Shown in pieces: positions 8,988-20,525 of a stretch of DNA of 52,808 nucleotides. Position 1 is the first letter of the stretch. Every line of letters begins with the position of its first letter. The DNA is from an uncultured Oscillospiraceae bacterium (lineage in GTDB: Bacteria; Bacillota; Clostridia; UMGS1883). The notes beneath the pieces are model-generated. The model was not told the origin of the DNA, searched no databases, and was given only the letters and a program-made list of their open reading frames with translations. The stretch spans positions 1-52,808 of the forward strand of contig CAZICW010000005.1 in the NCBI GenBank assembly GCA_964537995.1, read 5' to 3'. A program made the position numbers and the translations under genes.

Positions 8988-10046
8988 TTATATTCTTGCG
9001 ATGACCGCGTCACCCATTTCCTTTGTTCCGACGGGAGCAAGACCGCCCGCGATGTCCGCCGTGCGCAGACCGTCGTCAAGAGCCTTGTTTACGGCATTTT
9101 CAATTGCGTCCGCCTCGGCCGCCATATTGAAGGAATAGCGCAGCATCATGGCGACGGAAAGAATCGTCGCAAGCGGGTTGGCTATATTTTTCCCCGCAAT
9201 ATCGGGAGCGGAGCCGTGTACCGGTTCGTACATTCCAAAGCTGCCCACGCCGAGCGACGCCGACGGCAGCATACCTATCGAGCCTGTAATCTGGCTCGCT
9301 TCATCGGAGAGGATGTCGCCGAAGATATTGCTTGTGGCAATAACGTCAAACTGGCGCGGATTGCGCACAAGCTGCATCGAGGCGTTGTCCACATAGAGAT
9401 AATCAACCTTTATTTCCGGATAATCCGCAAAAACCTTTGCCGCACATTCGCGCCACATACGCGAGGTTTCAAGAATATTCGCCTTGTCAACCACGGTTAT
9501 GTGCTTTTTGCGCTTCATGGCCGTTTCAGCGGCTTGGACGAGCAAACGCTCGATTTCCGCCCACGAATAGGATTCGACGTCATACGCGCTCTTTCCGTCC
9601 TCGCTTCTGCCGCTGTCGCCGAAATAGATTCCGCCCGTAAGCTCGCGCACAATCATTATGTCAAGTCCGCCCTCGATTATGCTCTCCTTAAGGGGGCAAG
9701 CCTCCTTAAGCTGATCGTACATAACGGCGGGACGGAGATTCGCGAACAGCCCCAGTCCTCCGCGCAAACCGAGCAGCGCCTGCTCGGGGCGTATTCCCGG
9801 AATATGCTCCCACTTTGGCCCTCCGACGGCTCCGAGAAGCACGCTGTCGCTCCTTTTGCAGGCTTCAAGCGTTGCTTCGGGCAGGGGCTGACCGCAGCTG
9901 TCAATAGCGCAGCCGCCCGCTTCAAGATAAGTATAATTGAATGTATGGCCGAACTTCGCTCCCACGGCGTCAAGCACGCGAATCGCCTGCGCCACAACCT
10001 CCTCGCCTATCCCGTCGCCGGGTATCACGGCAATATTCTTCTCCAT
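8988..10046 (-). CDS. leuB: 3-isopropylmalate dehydrogenase
   Basis: PGDGIG, GAVGGPKW, ANLRP, RELTGGIYFG, VDKANIL, NIFGDILSDEAS, EPVHGSAPDIAG. Confidence 0.96.
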   Translation of the reverse strand: MEKNIAVIPGDGIGEEVVAQAIRVLDAVGAKFGHTFNYTYLEAGGCAIDSCGQPLPEATLEACKRSDSVLLGAVGGPKWEHIPGIRPEQALLGLRGGLGLFANLRPAVMYDQLKEACPLKESIIEGGLDIMIVRELTGGIYFGDSGRSEDGKSAYDVESYSWAEIERLLVQAAETAMKRKKHITVVDKANILETSRMWRECAAKVFADYPEIKVDYLYVDNASMQLVRNPRQFDVIATSNIFGDILSDEASQITGSIGMLPSASLGVGSFGMYEPVHGSAPDIAGKNIANPLATILSVAMMLRYSFNMAAEADAIENAVNKALDDGLRTADIAGGLAPVGTKEMGDAVIARI

Positions 10047-10070
10047 TTCTGTTTCCTCCTTAATATATAA

Positions 10071-10556
10071 TCACATTTCGGGGGCGTAAGCCGTAAGCCC
10101 GCCCGCGCTGATAATTTTTTGGATAAATTCGGGGAAGGGAGTGGTCTTATACTCCTTGCCCTTCGTCAAATTCCTGATAATTCCCGCCGAAAGATCGGCT
10201 TCGATAACATCGCCCTTTTCCGCGTCATCGACACATTCGCCGCATTCGAGAATCGGCAGACCGATGTTAATGGAATTGCGGTAAAATATTCTCGCGAAGC
10301 TCTTCGCGATAACGACCGCAATTCCGCTCGCCTTTATCGCCAGGGGAGCGTGTTCGCGGCTCGAGCCGCAGCCGAAATTGTAACCGCCTATCATAACGTC
10401 TCCATCGCTGACTTCCTTTACGAAGTCAGCGTCAATGTCCTCCATGCAATGCTCGCTGAGCAGTCTCGCGTCGCTGACATTGAGGTAACGCGCGGGAATG
10501 ATAACGTCCGTGTCAACGTTGTCGCCGTATTTGAAAGCCTTTCCTTTTATGTTCAT
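10071..10556 (-). CDS. leuD: 3-isopropylmalate dehydratase small subunit
   Basis: [33 protein letters not shown]. Confidence 0.95.
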   Translation of the reverse strand: MNIKGKAFKYGDNVDTDVIIPARYLNVSDARLLSEHCMEDIDADFVKEVSDGDVMIGGYNFGCGSSREHAPLAIKASGIAVVIAKSFARIFYRNSINIGLPILECGECVDDAEKGDVIEADLSAGIIRNLTKGKEYKTTPFPEFIQKIISAGGLTAYAPEM

Positions 10557-10581
10557 TGCCTAATCCTTCCTTTCCCTGAAA

Positions 10582-11841
10582 TCAATCCGCTTTTGCCGCT
10601 ATATAGCCCTTGACCGCGCTTGCCGCCGCGACCGCCGGAGAAACCAGATATACCTCGCTCTTCACATGACCCATTCTGCCCACAAAATTGCGGTTTGTCG
10701 TTGACGCGGCTCTCTCGCCGTCGGCAAGGATTCCCATGTGTCCGCCGAGGCACGGCCCGCAGGTCGGAGGCGAAATTATGCAGCCGGCGTCCATGAATAT
10801 TTTGAAATATCCTCTCTCCATGCACTCCGTCCATATCTTGGGAGTGGCGGGAATAACGATGCAGCGCACTCCTTCGGCAATATGTCTGCCCTCAAGCACC
10901 CTTGCGGCAATTTCCATGTCGCTTATTCTTCCGTTGGTGCAGCTTCCGATAACGACCTGATCCAGCATTATCTTCATTGCTTCCGTTTCGGCGACGGTTT
11001 TGCCGTTTTCGGGAAGATGCGGGAACGCCACCATTTGCGGCACCTCGCCGAGATCGATTTCCATAGTCGTTTCATATTCGGCGTCGGCGTCCGGTTCAAC
11101 GAAGGAAAAATCCTCGCAGCCGGCGGCTCTGAGATACGCCTCCGTTTTGTCGTCGCCGGGGAATATTCCGTTTTTGGCGCCGGCTTCAATCGCCATGTTC
11201 GCAATTGTAAAGCGTTCGTCCATTGTCAGCTCGCCCACGCCCTCGCCGGTAAACTCCATCGAGGAGTAAAGCGCGCCGTCAACGCCTATTTTTGAAATTA
11301 TATATAAAATCAAATCCTTGCCGCACACGTCGCCCTTGAATTTGCCCGTAAGATTGAAGCGATGAGCGCGCGGAACCTTCATCCATGCCTTGCCCGTAGC
11401 CATGCCAACGGCGACGTCCGTCGAGCCCACGCCCGTACTGAACGCATTGAGCGCGCCGTATGTGCAGGTGTGAGAATCCGCGCCGATAACGGCGTAACCC
11501 GCGCGCACTATGCCCTTTTCGGGAAGGATGGCGTGCTCGACTCCGGCGCAGCCGCCCTCAAAATATTTCTTTACTCCCCACTTTTTGGCAAATTCACGCA
11601 CCTGCTTGCACTGCTGCGCGCTCTTGATGTCCTTGTTCGGTGTGAAGTGATCCAGCACAAAACACACCTTGTCGGGGCATTTCATTGTGAAGCCCGCCTT
11701 TTCAAACACATTCACGGCAACCGGGCCGGTTACGTCGTTCGCCATACAGAGGTCAAGCTGTATCAGTATGAGCTGATCGGCCTTAACCTCGTTCAGTCCC
11801 GCCTTTTTGGCAAGGATTTTTTGCGTCATTGTCATTCCCAT
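10582..11841 (-). CDS. leuC: 3-isopropylmalate dehydratase large subunit (short LeuC type)
   Basis: [43 protein letters not shown]. Confidence 0.95.
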   Translation of the reverse strand: MGMTMTQKILAKKAGLNEVKADQLILIQLDLCMANDVTGPVAVNVFEKAGFTMKCPDKVCFVLDHFTPNKDIKSAQQCKQVREFAKKWGVKKYFEGGCAGVEHAILPEKGIVRAGYAVIGADSHTCTYGALNAFSTGVGSTDVAVGMATGKAWMKVPRAHRFNLTGKFKGDVCGKDLILYIISKIGVDGALYSSMEFTGEGVGELTMDERFTIANMAIEAGAKNGIFPGDDKTEAYLRAAGCEDFSFVEPDADAEYETTMEIDLGEVPQMVAFPHLPENGKTVAETEAMKIMLDQVVIGSCTNGRISDMEIAARVLEGRHIAEGVRCIVIPATPKIWTECMERGYFKIFMDAGCIISPPTCGPCLGGHMGILADGERAASTTNRNFVGRMGHVKSEVYLVSPAVAAASAVKGYIAAKAD

Positions 11842-11873
11842 TATTATCACCTTTTCTGTTTATATATTATATG

Positions 11874-13484
11874 TTAGATTTTTTTATTCCCGCGGCGGTG
11901 GCTTTCCTCGTCCTTTATCAGCTTATACTCTATCGAATCCTCCAACGCCTTTTTCGACGCCATGATAACGTCGGTGCTGACCCCGACCGTAGTCCAGCTG
12001 TCCACTCCGTCGGTCGATTCCACAAGCACGCGCACCTTCGCGCCGGTCGCGGCGGCGCTGTCAAGTACGCGCACCTTATAGTCCACAAGCCGCAGCCGTC
12101 CTATCGAAGGATAAAAGCGCTCAAGCGCCTTTCTCAACGCAATATCGGTCGCGTTGACGGGGCCCTCGCTGCTTTCGGCAGCCGTAACCTCCGACCTTTT
12201 TCCAACGCGCACCTTTGTAAACGCCGTGGAATAGCCCGTCGTCGAATCCGCCGAAACCGTGTCCTGTTCAAGCATTATTCGGAACCGCTCGATGTCGAAC
12301 AGGTGCTGGTTTTCGCCGAGCAAGCGGCGAATTTCAAGCTCAAGGCTGGCTTCGGCGGCTTCAAATTGATAGCCGTTGTACTCCAGCTCCTTCATACGCG
12401 CCAGGATTGTTTTTATTTTGGGCGAATCTCTGTCAATCGTCGGGTCGATTTTTTTCAGCAGCGGCATAAGCGCGCTCTTGCCCGAAACCTCGCTGACAAG
12501 AAGCGTGCGTTCGTTTCCGACTACGGCAGGATCGATATGCTCGAAGGTCTGCGGCATTTTCATGACCGCGTCGATGTGCATTCCGCCCTTGTGGGAAAAC
12601 GCGCCCTTGCTTATGTAAGGCATTCCGTTTATGTTTATATTGGTTATTTCGGCAACCTCGCGGCATATCGGAGAGAGACGTTCCATTTGCTCGGCGCTGA
12701 TTATGTCATAGCCGCGTTTAAGCTGAAGATTTGCAATTATAGTGCTGAGATTGGCGTTTCCGCACCTTTCGCCTATACCGTTAAGCGTTCCCTGAACGTG
12801 TACCGCCCCCGCCGCCGCGCTCATAACCGCATTGCCGACAGCCATTCCGCCGTCGTTGTGCGTATGTATACCGACCGCGCAGCTCACAGCCTCAACCGCC
12901 GCTTTTGTGATGTCGAAAATCTCGTCGGGAAAGGTCCCGCCGTTCGTGTCGCACAGGCAGACAACCTCGGCTCCCGCTTTATCGGCTGTACGGATAACCT
13001 CAAGCGCGTATTCGGGATTGCGCCTATAGCCGTCAAAAAAATGCTCCGCGTCGAAAATTACCTTTTTCCCCCGGCTCACGGCGTAGGCGACGGTATCCTT
13101 TATCATGGCGAGATTTTCTTCAAGCGTCGTGTTCAGCACCTCGGAGACATGAAGATCCCATGCCTTGCCGAAAACGGAAATATACTCGGTTCCCGCGTCG
13201 AGCAGAGCTTTCAGCGCCGGGTCATCCTCGGCGCGGCTGTTCACCCTGCGGGTACTGCCGAAGGCAACCAGCTTCGCGTTCACGGGAGGATTTTCGGCAA
13301 TTTCGCGAAAGAACTCCCTGTCCTTAACATTCGAAAACGGATTTCCCGCCTCAATCAAATCCACTCCCAATTCGTCGAGCAGATGTACAATTTTAATTTT
13401 ATCCGGTATCGAAAACGAAACCGCCTCCGACTGAGCGCCGTCGCGCAGCGTCGTATCAAGAACCGTAATTTTATTGGAAGCCAA
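11874..13484 (-). CDS. cimA: Citramalate synthase (DRE-TIM, CimA/LeuA-related)
   Basis: DTTLRDGAQ, AFGSTRR, FDAEHFFDG, HTHND, HKGGMH, GYQFEAAEAS, DYKVRV; TTG start after AGGAGG. Confidence 0.88.
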   Translation of the reverse strand: MASNKITVLDTTLRDGAQSEAVSFSIPDKIKIVHLLDELGVDLIEAGNPFSNVKDREFFREIAENPPVNAKLVAFGSTRRVNSRAEDDPALKALLDAGTEYISVFGKAWDLHVSEVLNTTLEENLAMIKDTVAYAVSRGKKVIFDAEHFFDGYRRNPEYALEVIRTADKAGAEVVCLCDTNGGTFPDEIFDITKAAVEAVSCAVGIHTHNDGGMAVGNAVMSAAAGAVHVQGTLNGIGERCGNANLSTIIANLQLKRGYDIISAEQMERLSPICREVAEITNININGMPYISKGAFSHKGGMHIDAVMKMPQTFEHIDPAVVGNERTLLVSEVSGKSALMPLLKKIDPTIDRDSPKIKTILARMKELEYNGYQFEAAEASLELEIRRLLGENQHLFDIERFRIMLEQDTVSADSTTGYSTAFTKVRVGKRSEVTAAESSEGPVNATDIALRKALERFYPSIGRLRLVDYKVRVLDSAAATGAKVRVLVESTDGVDSWTTVGVSTDVIMASKKALEDSIEYKLIKDEESHRRGNKKI

Positions 13485-13540
13485 TGCGCCGTCCTCCTTT
13501 GAACCGACAATATATTTTTGATATTTGCCTCGCATTTTAT

Positions 13541-13569
13541 ATTTTACTACCGATAAATTTTATAGTCAA
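13541..13569 (-). promoter_or_regulatory. sigmaA promoter for cimA-leuCDB
   Basis: TTGACT-17nt-TAAAAT on the minus strand. Confidence 0.65.
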
Positions 13570-13632
13570 CACTGTTTTTTATCTCTGTTCGGCGCTTTTT
13601 TAAATTTTTTTTGACAAATATTAAAAAAACAC

Positions 13633-13661
13633 TTGCATTCGGCAAAAAAATCTGTTACAAT
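13633..13661 (+). promoter_or_regulatory. sigmaA promoter for rpmB
   Basis: TTGCAT-17nt-TACAAT with extended TG. Confidence 0.6.
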
Positions 13662-13716
13662 ACATAGTGCTTGATTTTTATTTGTATGAATTTCCCCATC
13701 GAAGGAGGTAACGGCT

Positions 13717-13905
13717 ATGGCAAAGTGCGATATTTGCGGAAAGGGAGTAACCTTCGGAATAAAGGTTTCTCACTCCCACAGACGCTCCAACCGCGCGTGG
13801 AAGCCCAACATCAGAACCGTCAAGGCTCTTGTTAACGGCACGCCCAAGACAATTCATGTCTGCTCCCGCTGTCTTCGCAGCGATAAGGTTGTCAGAGCTA
13901 TCTGA
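13717..13905 (+). CDS. rpmB: 50S ribosomal protein L28 (Cys-containing type)
   Basis: KCDICGK..VSHSHRRSNRAWKPNI..CSRCLRS; AGGAGG SD. Confidence 0.97.
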   Translation: MAKCDICGKGVTFGIKVSHSHRRSNRAWKPNIRTVKALVNGTPKTIHVCSRCLRSDKVVRAI

Positions 13906-13968
13906 AACTGAAAGTTTCCCCTGCATTGTAGGCGCTTTTCGGGCGCCTTTTTGCGTTGCAAAAAATGC

Positions 13969-13997
13969 TTGACAGCGAACAAAAGTTCTGCTATTAT
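13969..13997 (+). promoter_or_regulatory. uvrBA sigmaA promoter with embedded LexA (SOS/Cheo) box
   Basis: TTGACA(13969)-17nt-TATTAT(13992); GAAC-AAAA-GTTC at 13977-13988 matches the Firmicute GAAC-N4-GTTC box. Confidence 0.85.
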
Positions 13998-14042
13998 ATA
14001 AAATATATTATAGACAGAGCTATTTACAAGGATTGAGGAAAT

Positions 14043-15992
14043 ATGGATTTTCAGCTTGTTTCGGACTATAAGCCCACCGGCGACCAGCCGCAGGCAATCG
14101 ACAGCCTTGTCCAAGGCATAAAAAGCGGCTTGCCCGCCCAAGTGCTGCTCGGCGTCACGGGCAGCGGCAAAACCTTTACGGTGGCGAACGTGATCGAAAA
14201 GGTCAACAAGCCGACGCTTGTACTGGCTCACAACAAAACCCTTGCCGCTCAGCTTTGCAGCGAATTTAAGGAATTTTTCCCGAACAACGCCGTGGAATAT
14301 TTTGTCAGCTTTTACGATTACTACCAGCCCGAGGCATATATTGCCGCCAGCGACACCTATATCGAAAAGGACGCCCAGACCAACGACGACATAGACAAGC
14401 TCCGCCACAGCGCCACAAGCGCGCTGTTTGAGAGGCGCGACGTGATTGTGGTTGCGTCGGTGAGCTGTATTTACGGTCTGGGCGACCCGAACGACTACCG
14501 CTCAATGGTGCTGTCGCTGCGCCCCGGTATGGTCAAGGACAGGGATTCCGTAATTTCCAAGCTCATCGAAATGCAGTATCAGCGCAACGACATAAACTTC
14601 GTGCGCGGAAAATTCCGCGTACACGGCGACATTTTGGAAGTAATTCCCGCCAGCAGCGCGGAAAATGCCGTAAGGATAGAATTTTTCGGCGACGAGATTG
14701 ACCGTATCAGCGAAATTGATACTCTTACGGGCGAGGTTTTGGGCGTAAGGAACCACATTGCCATCTTCCCCGCCTCCCACTATGCGACGACAAAAGAAAA
14801 GCTCGAAGCCGCGGTTGACGGAATAAAGGAAGAGCTGGAGCAGCGGCTTGCCGAGCTGAAGGCGGCGAACAGGCTTGTGGAGGCTCAACGGCTTGAGGAA
14901 CGGACAAACTATGACATAGAAATGATGCGCGAGGTCGGCTATTGCAGCGGAATCGAAAACTATTCCCGCCACATCAGCGGTCGTGCCGCCGGAAGTCCGC
15001 CTTATACACTGCTGGACTATTTCCCCGACGATTTTCTTTTGGTGGTGGATGAAAGCCACGTCACAATTCCGCAGCTCCGCGCCATGTACGCCGGCGACAG
15101 AAGCCGCAAGCTCAATCTTGTGGAGTACGGCTTCCGTCTCCCTTCCGCGCTGGATAACCGCCCTCTCTCCTTCGAGGAATTCGAAAAGCATATCAATCAG
15201 GCAATATATGTCAGCGCCACCCCCGCGGAATACGAACGCGGGCTTGCGAAAAACACCGCCGAGCAGATAATCCGCCCGACCGGTCTGCTCGATCCCGAAG
15301 TCATCGTGCGCCCCGTCAAGGGTCAAATTGACGATTTGCTGAACGAAATAAATATTCGCGCCGAAAAAAAAGAGAGAGTTCTTGTTACGACGCTCACAAA
15401 AAAAATGGCGGAGGATTTGACGGACTATCTCCGCACAATGGGCGTGAACGTGAAATATATGCACTCCGACGTGGAAACTCTGGAGCGCATGGAAATTGTG
15501 CGCGACCTGAGATTGGGAGTTTTCGATGTGCTTGTCGGAATAAATCTGCTGCGCGAAGGGCTTGATCTTCCGGAGGTATCGCTTGTTGCAATTCTCGACG
15601 CCGACAAGGAGGGCTTTCTCAGAAGCGAAACCTCCCTTGTCCAGACCATAGGCAGAGCGGCAAGGAACGTCAACGGCAAGGTCATAATGTACGCCGACGC
15701 CGAAACCGATTCGATGAGACGCGCCATAAGCGAAACAAACCGCCGCCGCGAAATACAGAATCGCTACAATATTGACCACGGCATAACGCCGAAGGGAATA
15801 AAAAAGGCGGTCAGCGACGTTATTGCCGCCGTAAAGCCCGACGGGGACGAAAAGTCCGAAAACGCCGACATGACGGCCCTGATTGCGAAGCTGACCGACG
15901 AAATGCGGCTTGCCGCGCAGGAGCTGCGCTTCGAGGACGCGGCGAAGCTGAGGGACAGGATAAAGAGACTGAAAAAAGACAATCGGGAGTGA
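14043..15992 (+). CDS. uvrB: Excinuclease ABC subunit B
   Basis: [31 protein letters not shown]-terminal UVR coil. Confidence 0.98.
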   Translation: MDFQLVSDYKPTGDQPQAIDSLVQGIKSGLPAQVLLGVTGSGKTFTVANVIEKVNKPTLVLAHNKTLAAQLCSEFKEFFPNNAVEYFVSFYDYYQPEAYIAASDTYIEKDAQTNDDIDKLRHSATSALFERRDVIVVASVSCIYGLGDPNDYRSMVLSLRPGMVKDRDSVISKLIEMQYQRNDINFVRGKFRVHGDILEVIPASSAENAVRIEFFGDEIDRISEIDTLTGEVLGVRNHIAIFPASHYATTKEKLEAAVDGIKEELEQRLAELKAANRLVEAQRLEERTNYDIEMMREVGYCSGIENYSRHISGRAAGSPPYTLLDYFPDDFLLVVDESHVTIPQLRAMYAGDRSRKLNLVEYGFRLPSALDNRPLSFEEFEKHINQAIYVSATPAEYERGLAKNTAEQIIRPTGLLDPEVIVRPVKGQIDDLLNEINIRAEKKERVLVTTLTKKMAEDLTDYLRTMGVNVKYMHSDVETLERMEIVRDLRLGVFDVLVGINLLREGLDLPEVSLVAILDADKEGFLRSETSLVQTIGRAARNVNGKVIMYADAETDSMRRAISETNRRREIQNRYNIDHGITPKGIKKAVSDVIAAVKPDGDEKSENADMTALIAKLTDEMRLAAQELRFEDAAKLRDRIKRLKKDNRE

Positions 15993-16002
15993 AAAATCGG
16001 GA

Positions 16003-18846
16003 ATGAAGGAAAATAAAATAATAATACGCGGCGCAAGGAAAAACAATCTCAAAAACGTCAGTCTGGAGCTTCCGCGCGACAAGCTGATTGTATTTACGGG
16101 TGTTTCCGGCAGCGGCAAAACCTCGCTCGCCTTTGACACCATATACGCCGAGGGGCAGCGGCGCTACGTCGAATCGCTTTCCGCTTATGCCCGTATGTTT
16201 CTCGGTCAGATGGAAAAGCCCGACGTTGACTGTATCGAGGGTCTTAGTCCGGCAATAAGCATTGACCAGAAAACCACAAGCAAAAATCCGCGTTCAACCG
16301 TCGGAACGGCAACCGAAATCTACGACTATCTCCGTCTTCTTTTCGCGCGTATAGGCGTTCCTCACTGCCCGAACTGCGGAAAGGAAATAAGAAAGCAATC
16401 GCTGGATCAGATAATCGACCGCATACTGACGCTTCCCGACGGCAGCCGTCTCCATGTTATGGCTCCCGTTGTTCGCGCAAAGAAGGGCGAACATTCCAAA
16501 ATTTTCGAGAACGCCAAAAAGAGCGGCTTTGCCCGCGTCCGTGTTGACGGAAGCCTTTATGAGCTTACCGAGGAAATTTCGCTTGAAAAAAACAAAAAGC
16601 ACAATATAGAAATAGTAATCGACCGCCTTGTCATCCGCGACGGCATAAGAAAACGCCTTGCCGACTCGCTTGAGCTTGCCTTGCACCTCGGCGGAGGAGT
16701 TGTAAAAATCTTAAACGGCGACGAGGAGCTGACCTTTTCGCAAAATTACGCTTGCGACGACTGCGGCATAAGCATAGAGGAGCTTTCTCCGCGAAGCTTT
16801 TCCTTCAACAGCCCGTTCGGAGCCTGCCCTTCGTGCGGCGGTCTGGGAGTTATAAAGCAAATCGACCCCGAGCTGGTGCTTGTCAGCGACGAGCTTTCGA
16901 TTCTGGAGGGCGCTTTTTCCGTCAGCGGCTGGCGTGCGCCCGACAAGGAAGACAGCATGGCGAACGGCTACTATAAGGCGTTGGCGAAAAAATACAATTT
17001 CAGCCTGAACACCCCCGTAAAAAAGCTGCCGAAGGAAATAGTTGACATAATTCTTTACGGTACAAAGGGCGAAAAGCTGGATGTGGAATTTAAACGAAGC
17101 GGCGGGGTCGTGCGCTACAATCTCCCCTTCGAGGGGCTTGTTCATAACCTTCAGCGCCGCTACAGCAGCACCGACAGCGACTGGGCAAAGGCGGACATCG
17201 AATCGCTCATGCGTGAAATTCCCTGCAACGCCTGCAAGGGGAAGCGGCTGCGCAAGGAAATGCTTGCGGTGACCGTCGGCGGAAAAAACATCGACGAGGT
17301 CTGCTCAATGCCCATCACGGACGAAATTGAATTTTTCCGCAATTTAAAGCTCGAAGGAAAGGATGCGGCGATTGCCGCGCAAATTCTTAAGGAAATAGAC
17401 GCAAGGCTGTTGTTTTTGAAAAATGTCGGGCTGGAATATCTCACGCTTTCACGCTCCGCGGGTACGCTTTCGGGCGGCGAAGCGCAGAGGATACGCCTTG
17501 CTACTCAAATAGGCTCGGGACTTGTCGGAGTTTTGTATATTTTGGACGAGCCGAGCATAGGGCTGCACCAGCGCGACAACGAAAAGCTGCTGGCGTCGCT
17601 GAAGCGGCTGCGCGACCTTGGAAACACTCTTATAGTCGTTGAACACGACGAGGACACAATGTATGCCGCCGATTATATTGTGGATGTCGGGCCCGGAGCA
17701 GGAGTACACGGCGGAGAAATCATTGCCGTCGGCACGCCGGAGGATATAAAGAACTGCCCACGCTCCGTGACGGGCGATTATCTCAGCGGCAGGAAACGAA
17801 TTTCCGTTCCCGAAAAGCGCCGCAAGCCCGACGGCCGGTTTCTCCGTGTCATCGGCGCGGCGGAAAACAATCTTAAATCCATAAATGTGGATATTCCGCT
17901 CGGTCAGTTTGTTTGCGTAACGGGTGTTTCCGGCAGCGGCAAAAGCTCGCTTGTGAACGAAATCATAAATAAGCGGCTCAGCTATGAGCTTAACCACAGT
18001 CACGCCATTCCCGGAAAGCACAAAGGAATTGAGGGAATCGAGCTGCTTGACAAGGTGATAAACATCGACCAGTCGCCGATAGGACGCACTCCGCGTTCAA
18101 ATCCCGCGACATACACCGGGGTTTTCAACGAGATTCGGGAGCTTTTTTCCGCCACGGCGGAAGCGAAGGCGCGCGGCTACGGCGCGGGGAGGTTCAGCTT
18201 CAACGTCCGCGGCGGACGCTGCGAAGCCTGCTCCGGCGACGGAATAATAAAAATAGAAATGAACTTTCTCCCCGACGTTTACGTTCCCTGTGAGGTATGC
18301 AAGGGCAAACGCTACAACCGCGAAACGCTGGAAGTGAAATTCAAGGACAAGAACATCGCCGACGTGCTTGACATGACGGTTGACGAGGCATTGGAGTTTT
18401 TTGACAGCATTCCCAAGATAAAGCGGAAAATACAAACGCTTTACGATGTCGGACTGGGCTATATCAAGCTCGGTCAGTCCTCAACGACGCTTTCGGGCGG
18501 CGAGGCGCAGCGCGTCAAGCTTGCGACCGAATTGAGCCGCCGCAGCACGGGACGGACAATCTATATTCTCGACGAACCGACGACCGGACTGCACACCGCC
18601 GACGTACACAAGCTCATTGACGTGCTTCAGAGCCTTGTGGATATGGGGAACACCGTCCTCGTCATAGAACACAATCTTGACGTAATCAAAACCGCCGACT
18701 ATATAATCGACCTCGGTCCCGAAGGCGGAAACGCGGGCGGAGAGGTTGTCGCCGTCGGCACGCCGGAGGAAGTCGCCCGCTGCGAACGCTCGTATACCGG
18801 CCGGTTTTTAAAGCCCATACTGGAAGCTTCCGCTTCCGTTTCATAA
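16003..18846 (+). CDS. uvrA: Excinuclease ABC subunit A
   Basis: Two GVSGSGK(T/S) Walker A motifs, LSGGEAQR x2, Zn fingers. Confidence 0.98.
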   Translation: MKENKIIIRGARKNNLKNVSLELPRDKLIVFTGVSGSGKTSLAFDTIYAEGQRRYVESLSAYARMFLGQMEKPDVDCIEGLSPAISIDQKTTSKNPRSTVGTATEIYDYLRLLFARIGVPHCPNCGKEIRKQSLDQIIDRILTLPDGSRLHVMAPVVRAKKGEHSKIFENAKKSGFARVRVDGSLYELTEEISLEKNKKHNIEIVIDRLVIRDGIRKRLADSLELALHLGGGVVKILNGDEELTFSQNYACDDCGISIEELSPRSFSFNSPFGACPSCGGLGVIKQIDPELVLVSDELSILEGAFSVSGWRAPDKEDSMANGYYKALAKKYNFSLNTPVKKLPKEIVDIILYGTKGEKLDVEFKRSGGVVRYNLPFEGLVHNLQRRYSSTDSDWAKADIESLMREIPCNACKGKRLRKEMLAVTVGGKNIDEVCSMPITDEIEFFRNLKLEGKDAAIAAQILKEIDARLLFLKNVGLEYLTLSRSAGTLSGGEAQRIRLATQIGSGLVGVLYILDEPSIGLHQRDNEKLLASLKRLRDLGNTLIVVEHDEDTMYAADYIVDVGPGAGVHGGEIIAVGTPEDIKNCPRSVTGDYLSGRKRISVPEKRRKPDGRFLRVIGAAENNLKSINVDIPLGQFVCVTGVSGSGKSSLVNEIINKRLSYELNHSHAIPGKHKGIEGIELLDKVINIDQSPIGRTPRSNPATYTGVFNEIRELFSATAEAKARGYGAGRFSFNVRGGRCEACSGDGIIKIEMNFLPDVYVPCEVCKGKRYNRETLEVKFKDKNIADVLDMTVDEALEFFDSIPKIKRKIQTLYDVGLGYIKLGQSSTTLSGGEAQRVKLATELSRRSTGRTIYILDEPTTGLHTADVHKLIDVLQSLVDMGNTVLVIEHNLDVIKTADYIIDLGPEGGNAGGEVVAVGTPEEVARCERSYTGRFLKPILEASASVS

Positions 18847-18942
18847 AAATAAAGCTCCGCCGCAAGAGCTATCGGAGCTTATGCCGCCGACAAGCCGCAC
18901 TCCGGCTTTGTCGGTGTACAGGGAGCCGCTTCCGCGGCTCCC

Positions 18943-19182
18943 TTATTTTATCCGCACGGTTACGCTTATCCTATCCGTATCCTCGCGGCGAAGCGCTATC
19001 ACCGCTCCGCGAATGCTGTATGCGCGAGGATTTCCGAATATGCCTTCAAAAAGAGGCGAAACCTCCGTTCCCTCGACCAAGCCGAGATCCATGAGCCGCC
19101 GTTTCATCGCGGCGCGTCCGTCCGAACGGACTACCGTACAGCGGGAGCCTATCGGAGCGTCGGACAGAAATATTTCCTTCAT
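18943..19182 (-). CDS. feoA: FeoA-family SH3-like protein
   Basis: RRLMDLGLVEGTEV..GNPRAYSIRGAVIALRR; no feoB adjacent. Confidence 0.85.
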   Translation of the reverse strand: MKEIFLSDAPIGSRCTVVRSDGRAAMKRRLMDLGLVEGTEVSPLFEGIFGNPRAYSIRGAVIALRREDTDRISVTVRIK

Positions 19183-19244
19183 CGGCAACATTCCTTATGC
19201 TTCATTCCGATAACATAGTATGAAGCCGAAAGGAATTGCGTTAC

Positions 19245-20342
19245 TCAGACGTTAAACCTAAACAGCACAATGTCTCCGTCCTTCATAACGTATTCCTTTC
19301 CCTCGCTGCGCACAAGACCCTTTTCCTTCGCCGCCGTCATGGAGCCGCAGGCAATGAGATCGTCATATGATACAACCTCGGCGCGGATAAAGCCGCGCTC
19401 AAAGTCGCTGTGAATTTTCCCCGCCGCCTGGGGAGCCTTTGTTCCGGCGGTTATCGTCCACGCGCGAACCTCAGGCTCGCCCGCGGTAAGATAGCTTATA
19501 AGTCCGAGAAGCTTGTAGCTCTTTTTAACAAGCCTGTCAAGCCCCGATTCCTCAAGCCCCATTTCCGCCAGAAAAAGCTGCTTTTCTTCGGCTTCAAGAC
19601 CGCTTATTTCTTCCTCTATTTTAGCCGAAATCGGCAAAACCTCCGCTCCCTCGGCGGCGGCAATTTCCTCCACTACGCGAACATAGGGGTTGTTTTCGAC
19701 GCCCTTGGCGAAATCGTCCTCGGCAACGTTCGCGGCGTAAAGCACGGGCTTCATCGTCAGCAGCGAAAGCTCGCGGACAACGGCTTCCTCCTCTTCGGTA
19801 TATGCAAGGCTTCGCGCGGGCTTTCCCGCCTCGAGAGCTTCCTTTACCCGCTTCCAAAGCTCCGCCTCGGCGATATATTTTTTATCGCCCGACTTCATTG
19901 CCTTCCCGACGCGCTCGATGCGCTTTTCGACGCTCTCCAAATCGGCGAAAATAAGCTCCAGCTCAATGGTTTCGATGTCGCGGGCGGGGTCAACGCTGCC
20001 GTCAACATGGACTATGTTGCTGTCGTCAAAGCAGCGGACGACGTGTACAATCGCGTCCACCTCGCGTATGTGGGAGAGAAATTTATTCCCCAGTCCCTCT
20101 CCTCGGCTCGCGCCCTTCACAAGCCCCGCAATATCCACAAATTCCACAATTGCGGGAGTTACCTTCGCGGGATTATACATTTTTGTCAGAACGTCCAGCC
20201 TTTCGTCGGGGACGGATACCACTCCGACATTCGGCTCGATTGTGCAGAACGGATAGTTTGCGCTTTCCGCTCCGGCTTGGGTTATCGCGTTGAACAATGT
20301 GCTTTTGCCCACGTTGGGCAGCCCTACAATTCCCAATTTCAT
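19245..20342 (-). CDS. ychF: Redox-regulated ribosome-binding ATPase YchF
   Basis: GIVGLPNVGKST, ANYPFCTIEPN, DIAGLV, DGDIVLFRFNV. Confidence 0.97.
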   Translation of the reverse strand: MKLGIVGLPNVGKSTLFNAITQAGAESANYPFCTIEPNVGVVSVPDERLDVLTKMYNPAKVTPAIVEFVDIAGLVKGASRGEGLGNKFLSHIREVDAIVHVVRCFDDSNIVHVDGSVDPARDIETIELELIFADLESVEKRIERVGKAMKSGDKKYIAEAELWKRVKEALEAGKPARSLAYTEEEEAVVRELSLLTMKPVLYAANVAEDDFAKGVENNPYVRVVEEIAAAEGAEVLPISAKIEEEISGLEAEEKQLFLAEMGLEESGLDRLVKKSYKLLGLISYLTAGEPEVRAWTITAGTKAPQAAGKIHSDFERGFIRAEVVSYDDLIACGSMTAAKEKGLVRSEGKEYVMKDGDIVLFRFNV

Positions 20343-20370
20343 CTGTGAAGCCTCCAAAATTAAACAAATG

Positions 20371-20387
20371 TTTACAAAATATTAACA
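20371..20387. promoter_or_regulatory. OmpR-family (WalR/PhoP-type) direct-repeat box between ychF and the response regulator
   Basis: TTTACA-N5-TTAACA (TGTTAA-N5-TGTAAA on the minus strand). Confidence 0.45.
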
Positions 20388-20441
20388 AGGTAAATATTAT
20401 ATTAAGCTAATATGATAATGCATTATATCATAAATTTTAGA

Positions 20442-20470
20442 TTTACACAAGAGTTTTTTTGTGTTATAAT
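20442..20470 (+). promoter_or_regulatory. sigmaA promoter for the two-component operon
   Basis: TTTACA-17nt-TATAAT with TGn extension. Confidence 0.65.
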
Positions 20471-20525
20471 AATCATGTACAACAAATTTCGCCGCAAAAA
20501 ACAACTTGTAAAGGAGAGAGTCAAA

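Noticed and set aside
11829-13502. 557-aa plus-strand ORF opposite cimA (also 8793-10070 opposite leuB and 7659-8717 opposite trmFO)
   Set aside because: Antisense shadows of well-conserved genes; no recognisable motifs or SD; expected from codon bias
14502-16142. 546-aa minus-strand ORF opposite uvrB
   Set aside because: Antisense shadow with no recognisable domain
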